A stretch of 63,014 nucleotides of DNA, filler included, from Choristocarpus tenellus KU-1152 (lineage: Eukaryota; Protista; Phaeophyceae), in the NCBI GenBank assembly GCA_964200185.2. It is 9 parts of 9 records of this genome, joined end to end, with 100 filler letters (N's around TTAATTAATTAA, not from the genome) between each part and the next. Parts side by side here need not be neighbours in the genome. Positions count along the whole stretch, not along the records: positions 48,082 to 55,028 come from CAXNAD020006994.1; positions 55,129 to 59,771 come from CAXNAD020013659.1; positions 59,872 to 63,014 come from CAXNAD020022011.1; 6 more parts are not named here. One strand, given 5' to 3'. The notes under the pieces were generated by a model. That model worked only from the letters and a program-made list of their open reading frames with translations, searched no databases and was not told the origin of the DNA. Below, piece after piece: positions 52,259 through 63,014 of the stretch; position 1 is the stretch's first letter, and each line of letters starts with the position of its first letter. Made by a program: the position numbers and the translations under genes.

Positions 52259-53269
52259 GCAGTTCACTGAAGGACTTTAGTGTGCAATTCAGGGTAAGGG
52301 TCAGGGGTGAATTTTTTTTACTACAGGTGGCGATAGATGCACTTGGATTCCGCAATGCCAAGGCAGTTGCCTTATTGTATTGCATTTGCTCTAGGTAGTA
52401 GGTAATTTACTGGCACAGCTAATGATCAATAACTGTTACTTGTTTTTACGGAAGGAATTACAGAATTAGGTAGGCGTGTGCTCATAGCTTTGCAACTTCT
52501 CAAATTGGATAAGAAGTGCATGACATGGAAGCTGAGGGCAAGGTGCATCTGGAAATAGTTGTGAAGTCTTGAATTTCAATGTGTATTATCTGATGGTGAA
52601 CGATTTTCGAGGGAGCCAGTCTATACCTCAATATTGAAGTGCTGCTTAAATGCTCATACCGCACTAATTGTGAACAAGCATGCAGTGCTTCAAAAATGGA
52701 GTTCATAAGCATGCCTGGCTCTAACATGATACCTATGCATCCTAACCCAAGTATAGAAGAGTGTATGAGTGTTTTAGCAACCACTCCAACGCTGGGTTAT
52801 TGACAGTTGACAGTTTCTTGGTGCTTTGAGATTTTCGAAGATTGCCTGATGTGGTAGGTTCCCAGCTACGAGATATGGAATAATTATTTTCTTTTTTGCA
52901 TGTTTGTCTGGTAGTGGAGGAGTGAGGAGCTGTAGGTCATTCTTACAAACTTAGAAGTACTGTGTACAGTATTCTATAGTTTGAAGTATAACATAGCCTT
53001 GAGCAGTGACCATCACGAAGTTTGAAATACAAACCCAGCTCTAGGAACTAGAGCAAGGTATTAAAAGGAGAACAAGGAGTGTGACTGAACTGCTACTGCT
53101 TGTTACTCACATAACCTCTCTTCAACTTTTTGTTCATCTCACCCTGAATGGTGTGTATGCTGTTGTAAATTGAGCTCTTGTGAGTGCTGGTACAACCATA
53201 TATCATGACATGATAGTTTCATGTGCAATTTAATATACTTTGAAGTAGTTCGTAGGACAAACAGTGATA

Positions 53270-53471
53270 GGCTCAAAAGTATCTGAGGGGGGTGACGGCT
53301 GTCCCTTCAAGACCATTTTTCCATGTTGCGACACTTGGGTGAAATGGTTGCATGCATCAGATAGATAATGTAAGTTCACTTCTCTTGATCAGGGCCTGAA
53401 TGGGCACCCTGGTGTAGCCGAATGGACACCCTGGTGTAGCACCCCCCCCCCCCCCCCAGATACTTTGAGCC
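53270..53471 (+). mobile_element. MITE family 2 (poly-C tract), full copy; partial termini also at 20583-20605, 43546-43585, 48082-48120, 55129-55146
   Basis: TIRs GGCTCAAAAGTATCTGAGGGGGG ... CCCCCCAGATACTTTGAGCC; flanks ATA/ACA. Confidence 0.85.
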
Positions 53472-53479
53472 ACAGTGTA

Positions 53480-54670
53480 TCATATTGTACATGTTATATT
53501 GAGTCAGATCAGATAGGAGCGTGTCACATGACTCTGCATAACAATATTTGACTGAAGGACTGTCCCATGAACAATGAACAACATTCCACAAGGCCTTATT
53601 CAAAATGGTATTTTATGAGGCCTGTGTGCAGTTTATTCCATACCCTTTCCTATTCCTCCCGGGCTTCCCATGACATTTTCTTGAGCTTGATGTCTTCATG
53701 CCACCCTCTTGGAAGCACCCTCAGTAAAGGGGTTGGGAGGACTTCTGAGGCAGGTTCCAAGTAGGCTGTGTATGAAGATGCCATGTTGTTGGCATTGGCA
53801 ATCATACCAGTCATATCTTTGGTTGGCACACCCTCATCTCCAGTACGAATTTTCCAGCAGCCATACTCACCAGTTCAGACCTCAAGGGGGGACTAGACCT
53901 CAGGGCTCTTCTTGGTTGAGAAAAAGACATATCTTGCCACTGAAGTACATCTTTCAACTGGGAACAAAACAGTCAAGGAGAAGGGCCAATGCTGATATGA
54001 TAAGGTGATCCAACTCCGTTTGGCAAAGCGGAGTGCACCCTCTTGTTGTCTACAAGGCATTGGTCAACCTGCCATTTGAGGAGTTAATCAAAACTAAGAT
54101 ATTCCGTTCACCTCAATGGCCCAAGTATGTGTGAGATCCTTTCCATTTGGGCACACACACAAATGTGTTGGCAAGTGAAGGTCTGTCCATTCCTGCAAAC
54201 ATCTATAGGCACTCACCGTTGCTGTTCAACATAAACTGCCCATAGTATGCCCAAAGAATCCTGGTGTCATGATCCTGCCCTCCCTTTACTCTCATTCCGA
54301 TGCAAGTATTCACGTCCATCAGAATATAGAACTTAATTGTCCTTGGAGGGTCTGCTGCACCATGGCGCGAAACTTCTCCCAAAAAGCATCCTTGGTTGTC
54401 TCTAAGCCCTCTTCATTTGAGGCATATCCCACAACAAGCTTACACTTGGCCTGCCTGAGGTCAACAACCTGAACTTCATCATTTGCTCATTGAGATATTC
54501 TACTTCAAGTGCGGCCTGTTGTAGGATTGAAGATTGAAGAATATAGTAAACACATGAGCTGTTTAATATTTGACTGGGGCAGATAGTCGCGCAGCTTTCT
54601 GCCCCATTGGAACAGTGGTATCTCATTGTTCGACATCAAACGCACAAATGGAGTGCCAGGTTGTTCTTTT
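53480..54670 (-). mobile_element. Decayed RTE-like LINE, APE endonuclease region
   Basis: The minus strand gives EVEYLNEQMMKFRL, LVVGYASNE..KDAFW, MDVNTCIG, LNSNGECL*MFA..LANTF..PK and ELDHLII, with stops and frameshifts. Confidence 0.7.
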
Positions 54671-54679
54671 TTGGGTGGA

Positions 54680-54940
54680 GAGCCAAAGTATCTTAGAGGG
54701 TAGAGCCGCGTCCATTTGGGGGCCAAAATCCAATGTTGCGATTTGGATGTATTTTTGGCTATCGTGTTTGTAAGGAAGTGTCAATATCCATTTTCCGGAC
54801 ACACTTTTTCACAACTTGCACATTTTACCCTAACCCTAAACATTTAGGAGTAGCAAAACGTCCTAAAAAAACCCATGGGAAGCCAAGCCCCAAATGGACA
54901 AACAGGGCAAAATTCGTGCCCTCTTACGGTACTTTCACTC
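54680..54940 (-). mobile_element. MITE family 1, copy 11
   Basis: Full TIRs; no TSD visible (TGGA/TTTG). Confidence 0.88.
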
Positions 54941-56121
54941 TTTGTTTTTCATTTCAAACAGGTTCCCCCCCCCCCCACCTTCGCTCTCAAAATGTTCCAG
55001 TCTTCTCCTAAACAGCAGCCCCCAATTTNNNNNNNNNNNNNNNNNNNNNNNNNNNNNNNNNNNNNNNNNNNNTTAATTAATTAANNNNNNNNNNNNNNNN
55101 NNNNNNNNNNNNNNNNNNNNNNNNNNNNCCCCAGATACTTAGGGTCTGCTACAAGAATAGATTCTGAATTCGGGTGCTTTTGATTGTGGGGTGGTTTGTG
55201 AGCTGGAGGTAATGTGTAATGGACTGGAGGTATGAAGGTGTAACTCCTGTATCCCCGTTAGGGTGGTTGATGTCAGTGGTGTATGTTGACCCTTGTAACA
55301 TGATACATGATCCAGCATTTTAAAATGTGCAGCTTGTTTGAAAGGAGTATACGTACTGTACTATTTTTGTTTTTCAAGAGTGTGCGAAACCTCATGCTCT
55401 ACTGTTTTTATTTATTATTGCTGCTGATACTGGGTTCTTTATTTTTTTCTAGTTTTTATTCAAATACTCTTTTTTTAAAATTGTTGGCTGTTTGTATTTA
55501 CCCGTAAGAGGGGTCCCTTCATGGCACGTGAAGAGTCAAATTCTCCTGTGTTTTTTTTTTTTTTCCATCATCGCAAGATATACAAAAAAAGAAAAAAGTA
55601 GTGTAATTTAAATCTTCCTTTTTCCTTTAAATAGAAAAAATAATGTATATATATATATATATATATATATTTGCACACTCTTCCTTTAGCTTCGGGCATT
55701 TTCTTTTTGTACATTCTTTTTATTCCTTCTTCTCAAGTCATACATCATTATTATTATTATTTTTTTATTGCGTGTCTTTTTTTTGTATTGTCTTTTTTGA
55801 GGTACCGCCTTCCCTACCCCTTCCACCCCCCCCTCCCACCCGCACCAGGCATTTGTATCCCTTGCCTTGTTGATGATCAGAGTGCTCCCTATGCTTGCTC
55901 TCACACATTTAACAGGCAGACAGACAGACACTCTTTGGATCAACTGGCCTGCTTAAAAAAAAAAAGTTTGCTCATATAATATTGATATCGTGTGTTCTTT
56001 TTTTTGTCACTAAATTGTAAACCTCTTTTTTTTATAGTATCATAAAAAACATACACTTTTTATCCACCTGCCTGCTCTCTCTCTCTCTCTCTCTCTCTTT
56101 TTCTTATTGTTGAAGAACAAG

Positions 56122-57541
56122 ACCATTGGCAGCGGAGGTTATGGAGTGGTAGTGTCAGCAATGGACTTGAATACTAATACCAGGGTGGCCATAAAAAAGG
56201 TGAGGGCGTTTTTTTCTTGATATGTTCGATGATCTGCGGTTACAACCGACATTTTTGTGGGGTGCGGGAGAGGGAACGGGGGGGCGGGGGGGGGGGTGAT
56301 GATTTTTTTTAAAGTGCATACAGGCTGTTTTTTTGGTGATAATGAAAAGAATGATGATGTCTTTTGTACTTTTAAATTTGATTTTTGTATATATTCACTA
56401 CCGTTACAATGGCAGCAGTTTCGTTGTGCAATAATTATTTCTAAATATATATTTTAATTTTTGTTTTTTTTATTCAAACAGTGTCAGCTGTTGAGTTTTG
56501 GTGTATGAGTTTTTAATGGAGTGTGAGGTGTGAAGTATGTACCTATATAGATAGACACACTGAAATATGTACCCATATAGACGTACTCAAGTGTGCATGC
56601 AAGTGGATGTCCCCAACCAGCAAGTCTATGGTATCCCTCGCCTCACTCAAGAAGTAGACATGCCATGGACAAGCAAGCATCCATTTGGAAGAGATTGCTT
56701 CTTCAGTTTGAAACTGCGTGAGTGTCCTCATCAGCGAAGTGGGTTTGAGACACGTCGCTTTGTTTTGTACCTGTTGAATTGTGTGTTCGAGGGAAGATAG
56801 TGTAGATTTTTCTTCTCATTTTGTAGAGGTGGTGCCGTTTTGATTACTTCACCTCTTTTTTTTTTTCATCTATTATTATTATTGTTATTATTTCCTGACT
56901 TGTTTTGTATACATCGGATGCAGAGGTTTAATCAGCATTCTAGTCTCGATTTACGTTCTGACACATTGTGTATATATATATATATATATTGATTTTTTTA
57001 ATGGAACAGGGAGTGAAGTCGAAATACTGCTGGGAATATACTATCTTTTTTTCGAAAAAGGATGATCGCTGTAGTGTGTGTGTCCACACGTGTACGAATT
57101 TTCAGAACGGTTCGCTGATTTTATTCTTCGTGTCGCAATTTTTTTTTTTTTTTATATTATTATTGATGCTGATTTTTTTTGTTTCTGTGCTCGACAATGT
57201 ACAGAACTTCGATAACGTAAATGATATATATATGTATATATATATATATTCGTTTGATGTTTTTTTAAATTTTACGATGTGCATTGATCCCTTTAATAAA
57301 AAATAAGAAAAAAATATTGACCTCATTTTTTTTTTTTTTTTTTTTGCTAAAAATAAAATAAAAATAAAAACAGGTGGTTTCAGCGTTTGATGACATGCTG
57401 GTAGCGAAAAGAATGATTCGGGAGATACGCCTTCTGAGGCAATTCAACCACGAAAACATCATCAAGATCGTCGACATGCTGCCCCCCCCGAGCATAGCCA
57501 AATTCGAGGATGTTTACATGGTGCTGGACCGCATGGACACT
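56122..57541 (+). CDS. Mitogen-activated protein kinase, two internal exons (56122-56199, 57374-57541)
   Basis: TIGSGGYGVVVSAMD..RVAIKK|VVSAFDDMLVAKRMIREIRLLRQFNHENIIKIVDML..FEDVYMVLDRMDT: kinase subdomains I-V with the MAPK F-x10-RE signature. Confidence 0.92.
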
Positions 57542-58835
57542 GTGAGGAAAAGAAAAAAAAAGGGGGAGAGAAAATTATTTGCGGAAGAAGAGTCTCTTTT
57601 CTTTTCTTAAAAAAAAAAATTAAAACAGAGTAGAAAAGGTTCAGATTTTTTTTTTTAACTTAAAAAAAATTATTTCTCACTAGATTAGTAGTTCTACTAC
57701 TTTGCTACAATGGATGTGAAAATGCTGTGTGTGTGTGTGTGTGTGTATTTTATTTTTTTAAATAGTGAATGAGAAGAAAACAAAATTAGAAATTATGTAT
57801 GTGGAAGGAGGTTCTCTTTATAATAATAGAAGTGGTTAATAATTTTTTTTTTTAGTCTTTTGGCTGCTGGATTAGCTCTACTACTACTGTGCTATAGTGG
57901 ATGTGAATATGGTATGTGTGTGTTTAAAAAAAAAACTTTAATAGTTTAAGATTTGTACATGGTCTTGGGGGAATCAATCGCATGGGTAGCAAAGCTGTGT
58001 TTTGGTAATTATTACTGCGAGTTGGAATGAGTACTTACAGACTAAAGTGAGAAAGGGAATCAAGCAAGTGGAGTACTTACTTTTCATTTGTCTTGGGATG
58101 GGGGGGGTGTTTTAGGTGTACAAGGGTGATCCAGGAAGGAAGTGTGTATGCTTGTACCATGTGCACTGTAGCGTTGTGCAGTACTGGTACCATATGTTGT
58201 GGTACTGGTAAGCACTATAGTGTGGTACTTACTCATACAGTGTAGGTACCATAGTGTGGTACTTGATAGTACACTGGTACTTGTACTTGAACGAAGTACT
58301 GGTGTATGGTACTTTTACAGACTGCAGATGTGGTACTGACTGTTATTGACTGTTACTGACTGTTACAGTGGTGTGTGATAACTGTGCACAAGGTTAAATT
58401 TCCCACTACAATCAAGATGAAAAGATAAACCTGTTGTTGTGCCTTTAGCCTTCTGTAGGAGTTGGACTTCAAGGACTGTGAAACACACAGTTCTTTAGAG
58501 TACAGGGTTCTATTGTTATATTGGGAGAAATGATTTTAGTGTAATCTTCTACTGTACAGTGCTACTTCAATACTAATATTAACATAGATATTACTTTAAT
58601 ACTAATGTTAACATAGGCACTACTTTAATACTAATATTGACATAGACACTCTTTTTCTGTGTGTTGTTTTATTTCATGTTTTAGGATAACTTTAACCCGG
58701 AGTAGCCCTGCAATTTCATTAACTTTTTTTTTTTTATGGGTTAGTTAGTCAATGGTCTGAAGTAGGAGGATGGTCAGTGTGGTGTTGTACAGACAGAGCA
58801 TGCTGTGTTTGCTGTCACTGTAAGTTTGAGGTCAA

Positions 58836-59008
58836 TCAGTATCAGTGTCATTGTCAGTATCAAGTATCAGTATCAAGTATCAGTATCAAGTATCAGTATC
58901 GAGTATCAGTATCAGTATCAGTATCAGTATCCTTATCGAGTATCAGTATCGAGTATCAGTATCAAGTATCAGTATCAGTATCAGTATCAAGTATCAGTAT
59001 CAAGTATC
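58836..59008. repeat. (AGTATC)n / (AAGTATC) microsatellite
   Basis: Direct tandem hexa- and heptamers. Confidence 0.93.
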
Positions 59009-59299
59009 CAACGAGTGTTGCTGTGAGCCAAAAGGTATTTCAAGTTCAGATTGTGTTTGGTGTGCTCGATTGGTTAGAATCGGAAGGTGTGTTGTGTTGC
59101 TGCTTCTAGCCCCCTTTTTTATTATTATAAAATAAGGGTTAGAGTTTTTGTTGATAGTGTAGTTGAGTGCTTGGAAGTATTTATAGAGTGCCTTATTATT
59201 ATTATTTCCATTAGTTTTGATGCTATTGATTAGGGTCGGTGAATTGTGGTCAATTGAATTTGAGTGGACAGAACTTCTAACACTATTGTGTTGTTTATT

Positions 59300-59435
59300 A
59301 ATTTATTATATTACCATTATTAAATTATTATATTACCATTATTAAATTATTATATTACCATTATTAATTTATTATATTATCATTATTAATTTATTATATT
59401 ACCATTATTAAATTATTATATTACCACTATTAATT
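59300..59435. repeat. 22-bp AT-rich tandem repeat (ATTATTAAATTATTATATTACC), ~6 copies
   Basis: Direct tandem copies. Confidence 0.9.
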
Positions 59436-59871
59436 TGTTCAAGGAAGCATTTCATCAGGTATTGAGAATGGTTGTTTGGACGCAGACGAAAGACTGAGCA
59501 CATTGGTTGTTCTTAGTAGCGATAGTAGTAACTACAATCATTATAATTATGTATGGCGTTTGATTAAGGGTTAGGGTTAAGGGTTAGTAGCATTATGATC
59601 ATAGTGTTTGATTAAGGGTTAGGGTTATAGGGTTAGTAGCATTATATAATTGTAGTGTATGAACTATCTGTAATTTTTTTAAAATCAGTATACCTGACGC
59701 TACGTGTCGTATCACTCTTTAAATCCTGTTGCGCCTTCCACATCAGCCCCGCCACCCTCCCCCTTCACCCCNNNNNNNNNNNNNNNNNNNNNNNNNNNNN
59801 NNNNNNNNNNNNNNNTTAATTAATTAANNNNNNNNNNNNNNNNNNNNNNNNNNNNNNNNNNNNNNNNNNNN

Positions 59872-62838
59872 CCACGCTCCCCATCCTCGCCGCGCGCTCT
59901 TCTAGGATCTTGCCGACCAAGAGCGGCGCCTCCGTTGCCACAAAAAAGGCAAACCTGCCTTCCTGCACTGAGACTAGGTTTCCATGGTTCCCCGATGTCA
60001 ACGTAGTACGAAGCGAACCCCGTCGAATGGAGCCAGGTTCTTCCTTGTCACTTTCCGATGAGGAAGAGTGTGTTTCGTCGAGCCCACCGAGATCATTGTC
60101 ACTATCGACGAGATTATCCCCCCCACCCGAACGTTCGCCCTAGTCGTTGTCTTCGACGTCGCCGGTGCTAGTTCCAGCGTCATCATCATCGGTGGGAAGC
60201 CAATGGACTGGGAGGTCGAAATCTCGTTCCCCTGTCTTTTGGAGAAGTCGCACAGAATCGCTTTGCTCGTGTTTCGCACAGCTTCATCGTCTGCGAAGGT
60301 GGAATACATGAGCATGAGGACATCAACGGTATGGATGTATGAATATTACTTTGTTACCCGGCAGGAGGTTTACAAATGCGCTCGGGGAGCATGCGGTGAG
60401 AGGGATGGTGTATATTCCGTCGGAATTGTCTCTGTTGAGTACAAGACCGGTACCCTCAAAACATTTATGGGGAGCAATCTATGGTAATTTTTATTGCAAC
60501 ATTCGACGATCACTACATGTGCTAATGCAATCTTTTTCAAGATTTTTTTTTCTAAAGGCTGCAAATGCTGCCTCGTACAAAACTTGCACCTGATTTTTTT
60601 GGCTGCCACCGAATACCAAAATTAGCTATCAACTCCCCTCACGAAAAAATCGACTTACCCAGTGGGTACACAGCAGGGAGGCGCTCGTGTGACGCCTGGT
60701 ACCGCTGCTCCACCTTCAGGATGACGTCTTTGGGAACGCTCTTGAGCTGGTAGGGTGGTGCATCTTGGATACGAGGCGGGTGGCCGATGAAGAGGTCGTG
60801 CGGAGGGGCGTTGGGGTCGATAGCAAATTTGGTGCCTATCCCACTCCATTCGGTGCTGTGCATGTATCGCTTTACGCTAACCTTCACCCGCCCATCACCG
60901 CCTTTTTCAACGCGAAAAGCCCTGTAGCTGGTGATGTTGGGGACATGGTTGACGCGACCGCGAAGGAGTCCCTTGAAGTTGCCCTCGTTCCGCAGGGTCT
61001 TGTAGCATACTGGAACCTCCGTGTAAGAGGCCTGCAGCTCTTCACCCAGCTGTGTTCTTGTGAATATGTTCTTGCCTTTTATACCCCGTGAGAACCTGAA
61101 GGTGAAATGCAAGGAAGTAAATTTCGAGGCAGGGCCGAAAGAAGCGAAGTGGATAAGCAAGATATATATGCAGGCACATGCTCTGATGCATGTATATGGA
61201 AGTATAGATATAAAAATGGGTGATGCGTACATTTTTTTTCATTGTTTTGTTTCGACAGTATGTTACCAAACAGTTTTGGCAGCTGCTCTTATCGTTCAAT
61301 TTTGTTGTGGGGAAATCAAAAGTCAATTGATCAATTACAGGGTACGACCATAAACCTTCCAGGAATGCAACAGGCTTGAGCTGTAAGCCTCGAGGAAGTA
61401 TCTGTCTGAATAAAAACACTATGTGGCTATCGAACTTGCATATCTTGCCTATTTACCTGGAGAAGATCTGATCGATTTTGATGTGCGTATGCCCCACCAT
61501 CATAAAATGTATCTCGACCACACGAATGACACTCGCCGCAACCAACAGCCCCGCGTATCCGAGAATGAAATTGTTCTTGTTCTCTGAGACGTAGTTGTCG
61601 ACCTGGTCAGTTTGGGGAGTTGGGAGCGAGGGAGGAATAGGCGTGAGGCCGATATATCAGCCCATTTCGCCGCGTTTCGTGGAGGAACAGGGTAGGTTTC
61701 CAGTATTGCTAGAGCGCAATCTCTACATCACCGCCATCATACATGTAGGTTGCAACACACAAACCAATCCGAAAGACCGTGCAGTTAGTTACTTGGTGAC
61801 TGATATTCAGGGAGTATATGTTGAGTGGGTCGTGTCAAGATGAAACCTTCTTACCTGCCAATGCGCGTGCTGGATGATGCAATTCCCCGCGTGCTCTAGG
61901 CTGTTGTGGTACTTGTCGATAAGCCTTGTGAGGGCAAGGTGGGTGGCTGTGCAGACAAGGTTACAACCTGCGCGAACAATAGTGTTCTACAACTGTTGGT
62001 AAAAAGTACTCTGCTCACTTACGCATTGTTTATTCGGAGCTAAAAAGAGGGGTAATGTAATATATTTATGCAATGTAGAGGACATACACCCATATGGCTG
62101 ATGTACATGTCTGCGATCTCCACCACCCGTTGATTAGCTCTTACGCTCCTCTCGCCCTAACCCTAAGGTGAGGCGTAGGAGGGCAGGGGAGCACAGAGCA
62201 TCATCAGTTAATCGACTGTTCACTAAACCTGCGGTATCTGTAGGCACATCGTGTAAGGATGTACTCGTCCTTACGGATTTACCCTATGGCAGGTCCACTC
62301 GCCGCGACAATAAATCAAGTGGTGCGTGCGCAACCAGCATCTATTCGGGCACGTGATTGTTCGCCACGACCCACAATACGTACCTCCTCCAAGATTGATA
62401 GGAGTGAATAACACCTCCACGAACTGGCCTTCGACGTATGCAGCCATGATCTTCTGGCGCTCGGAGTAGCCCCTGATGAGGGGGACATGAACGAAAGGAA
62501 CTATTAAACAAAGGTCATCATGATGGTCGGAATAGGTATTGGAATTATGTGCGTTTGTTTTGGCGATTATTTCTTGGGACTTTGTACTCATCCGTAGAAT
62601 AAAACATGGTCGTCTATTCTGTTCCGTGCGGCTGCAAATTTCTTGTCGGATGGACTATGCGTGCAAGTGGTTACCTGTCACCGCCTTGGGTAGGTGGGTA
62701 AAGTGCTGGGAGGGCGTGTGCTGTCTGGTTCGCGGCGTCTACGGACATGAACACGAAGTCAAGAGGTTTGCCGTCGGATTTGGCCCGCATGGTGCTGCTG
62801 GTGCTGTTGGCGATGACCAGCCGATCCGCTTGGATAAT
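59872..62838 (-). mobile_element. Spliced Sola-type (Sola2/DUF7869-like) DDD transposase gene; exons ~62838-62675, 62472-62384, 61967-61855, 61602-61457, 61095-60659, 60290 to contig end
   Basis: The spliced product contains FMSVDAANQ, GGGCNLVCT, HWQ|VDNYVSENKNNFILGY and FMMVGHTHIKIDQIFSR|FSR, the DNxxxENKN and GHTHxxID motifs of Sola transposases. Core exons are open. The last exon appears to have a frameshift and a TAG at 60140-60142. Confidence 0.85.
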
Positions 62839-63014
62839 CTGGCTTTGGGGGACAGCAACATCACGTGAATTAATCAAGTAAATCCGCTCAGAGTTTTTTT
62901 TTTTAATTGCCACTTGTTAACACGTATCAGGTTAGTAACAAAAATGTAGTCTGGGTAACAATAGATGTTTGTATTGGGATATGTTTTTTATTGCTGCGTT
63001 CAAGACAAACACAG

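Noticed and set aside
58777-59135. SISIKYQY-repeat ORFs in three frames
   Set aside because: These are translations of the AGTATC microsatellite.

Overview
This is eukaryotic, intron-rich nuclear DNA, not prokaryotic. Nine contigs are joined by artificial 100-nt linkers (N44-TTAATTAATTAA-N44), so neighbourhoods across linkers carry no meaning. The gene set and TTAGGG-type repeats fit a flagellated stramenopile, possibly brown-algal; that placement is inference. Genes were reconstructed by hand from in-phase GT..AG exons: a hybrid histidine kinase (278-10688), an SppA exon, an IMPACT/YigZ gene head-to-head with a two-FAS1-domain gene, a multi-exon gene with a ubiquitin-like segment, a CFAP97-like gene, a complete two-exon larB (nickel-pincer cofactor carboxylase) with a putative mitochondrial presequence head-to-head with a secreted protein gene, and two MAP kinase exons. 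Mobile DNA is abundant. It includes a decayed Copia, LINE remnants (APE- and RLE-type), a non-autonomous hAT element with an 8-bp TSD, and a probable solo LTR. The most coherent system is a Sola-like transposon complex: a spliced DDD transposase gene, 11 full copies of a ~260-bp GAG...CTC MITE with 3-4-bp TSDs, a second poly-G MITE sharing the AAAGTATCT terminus, and a long element end lying downstream of a decayed spliced gene with a ParB/DGQHR-like motif.
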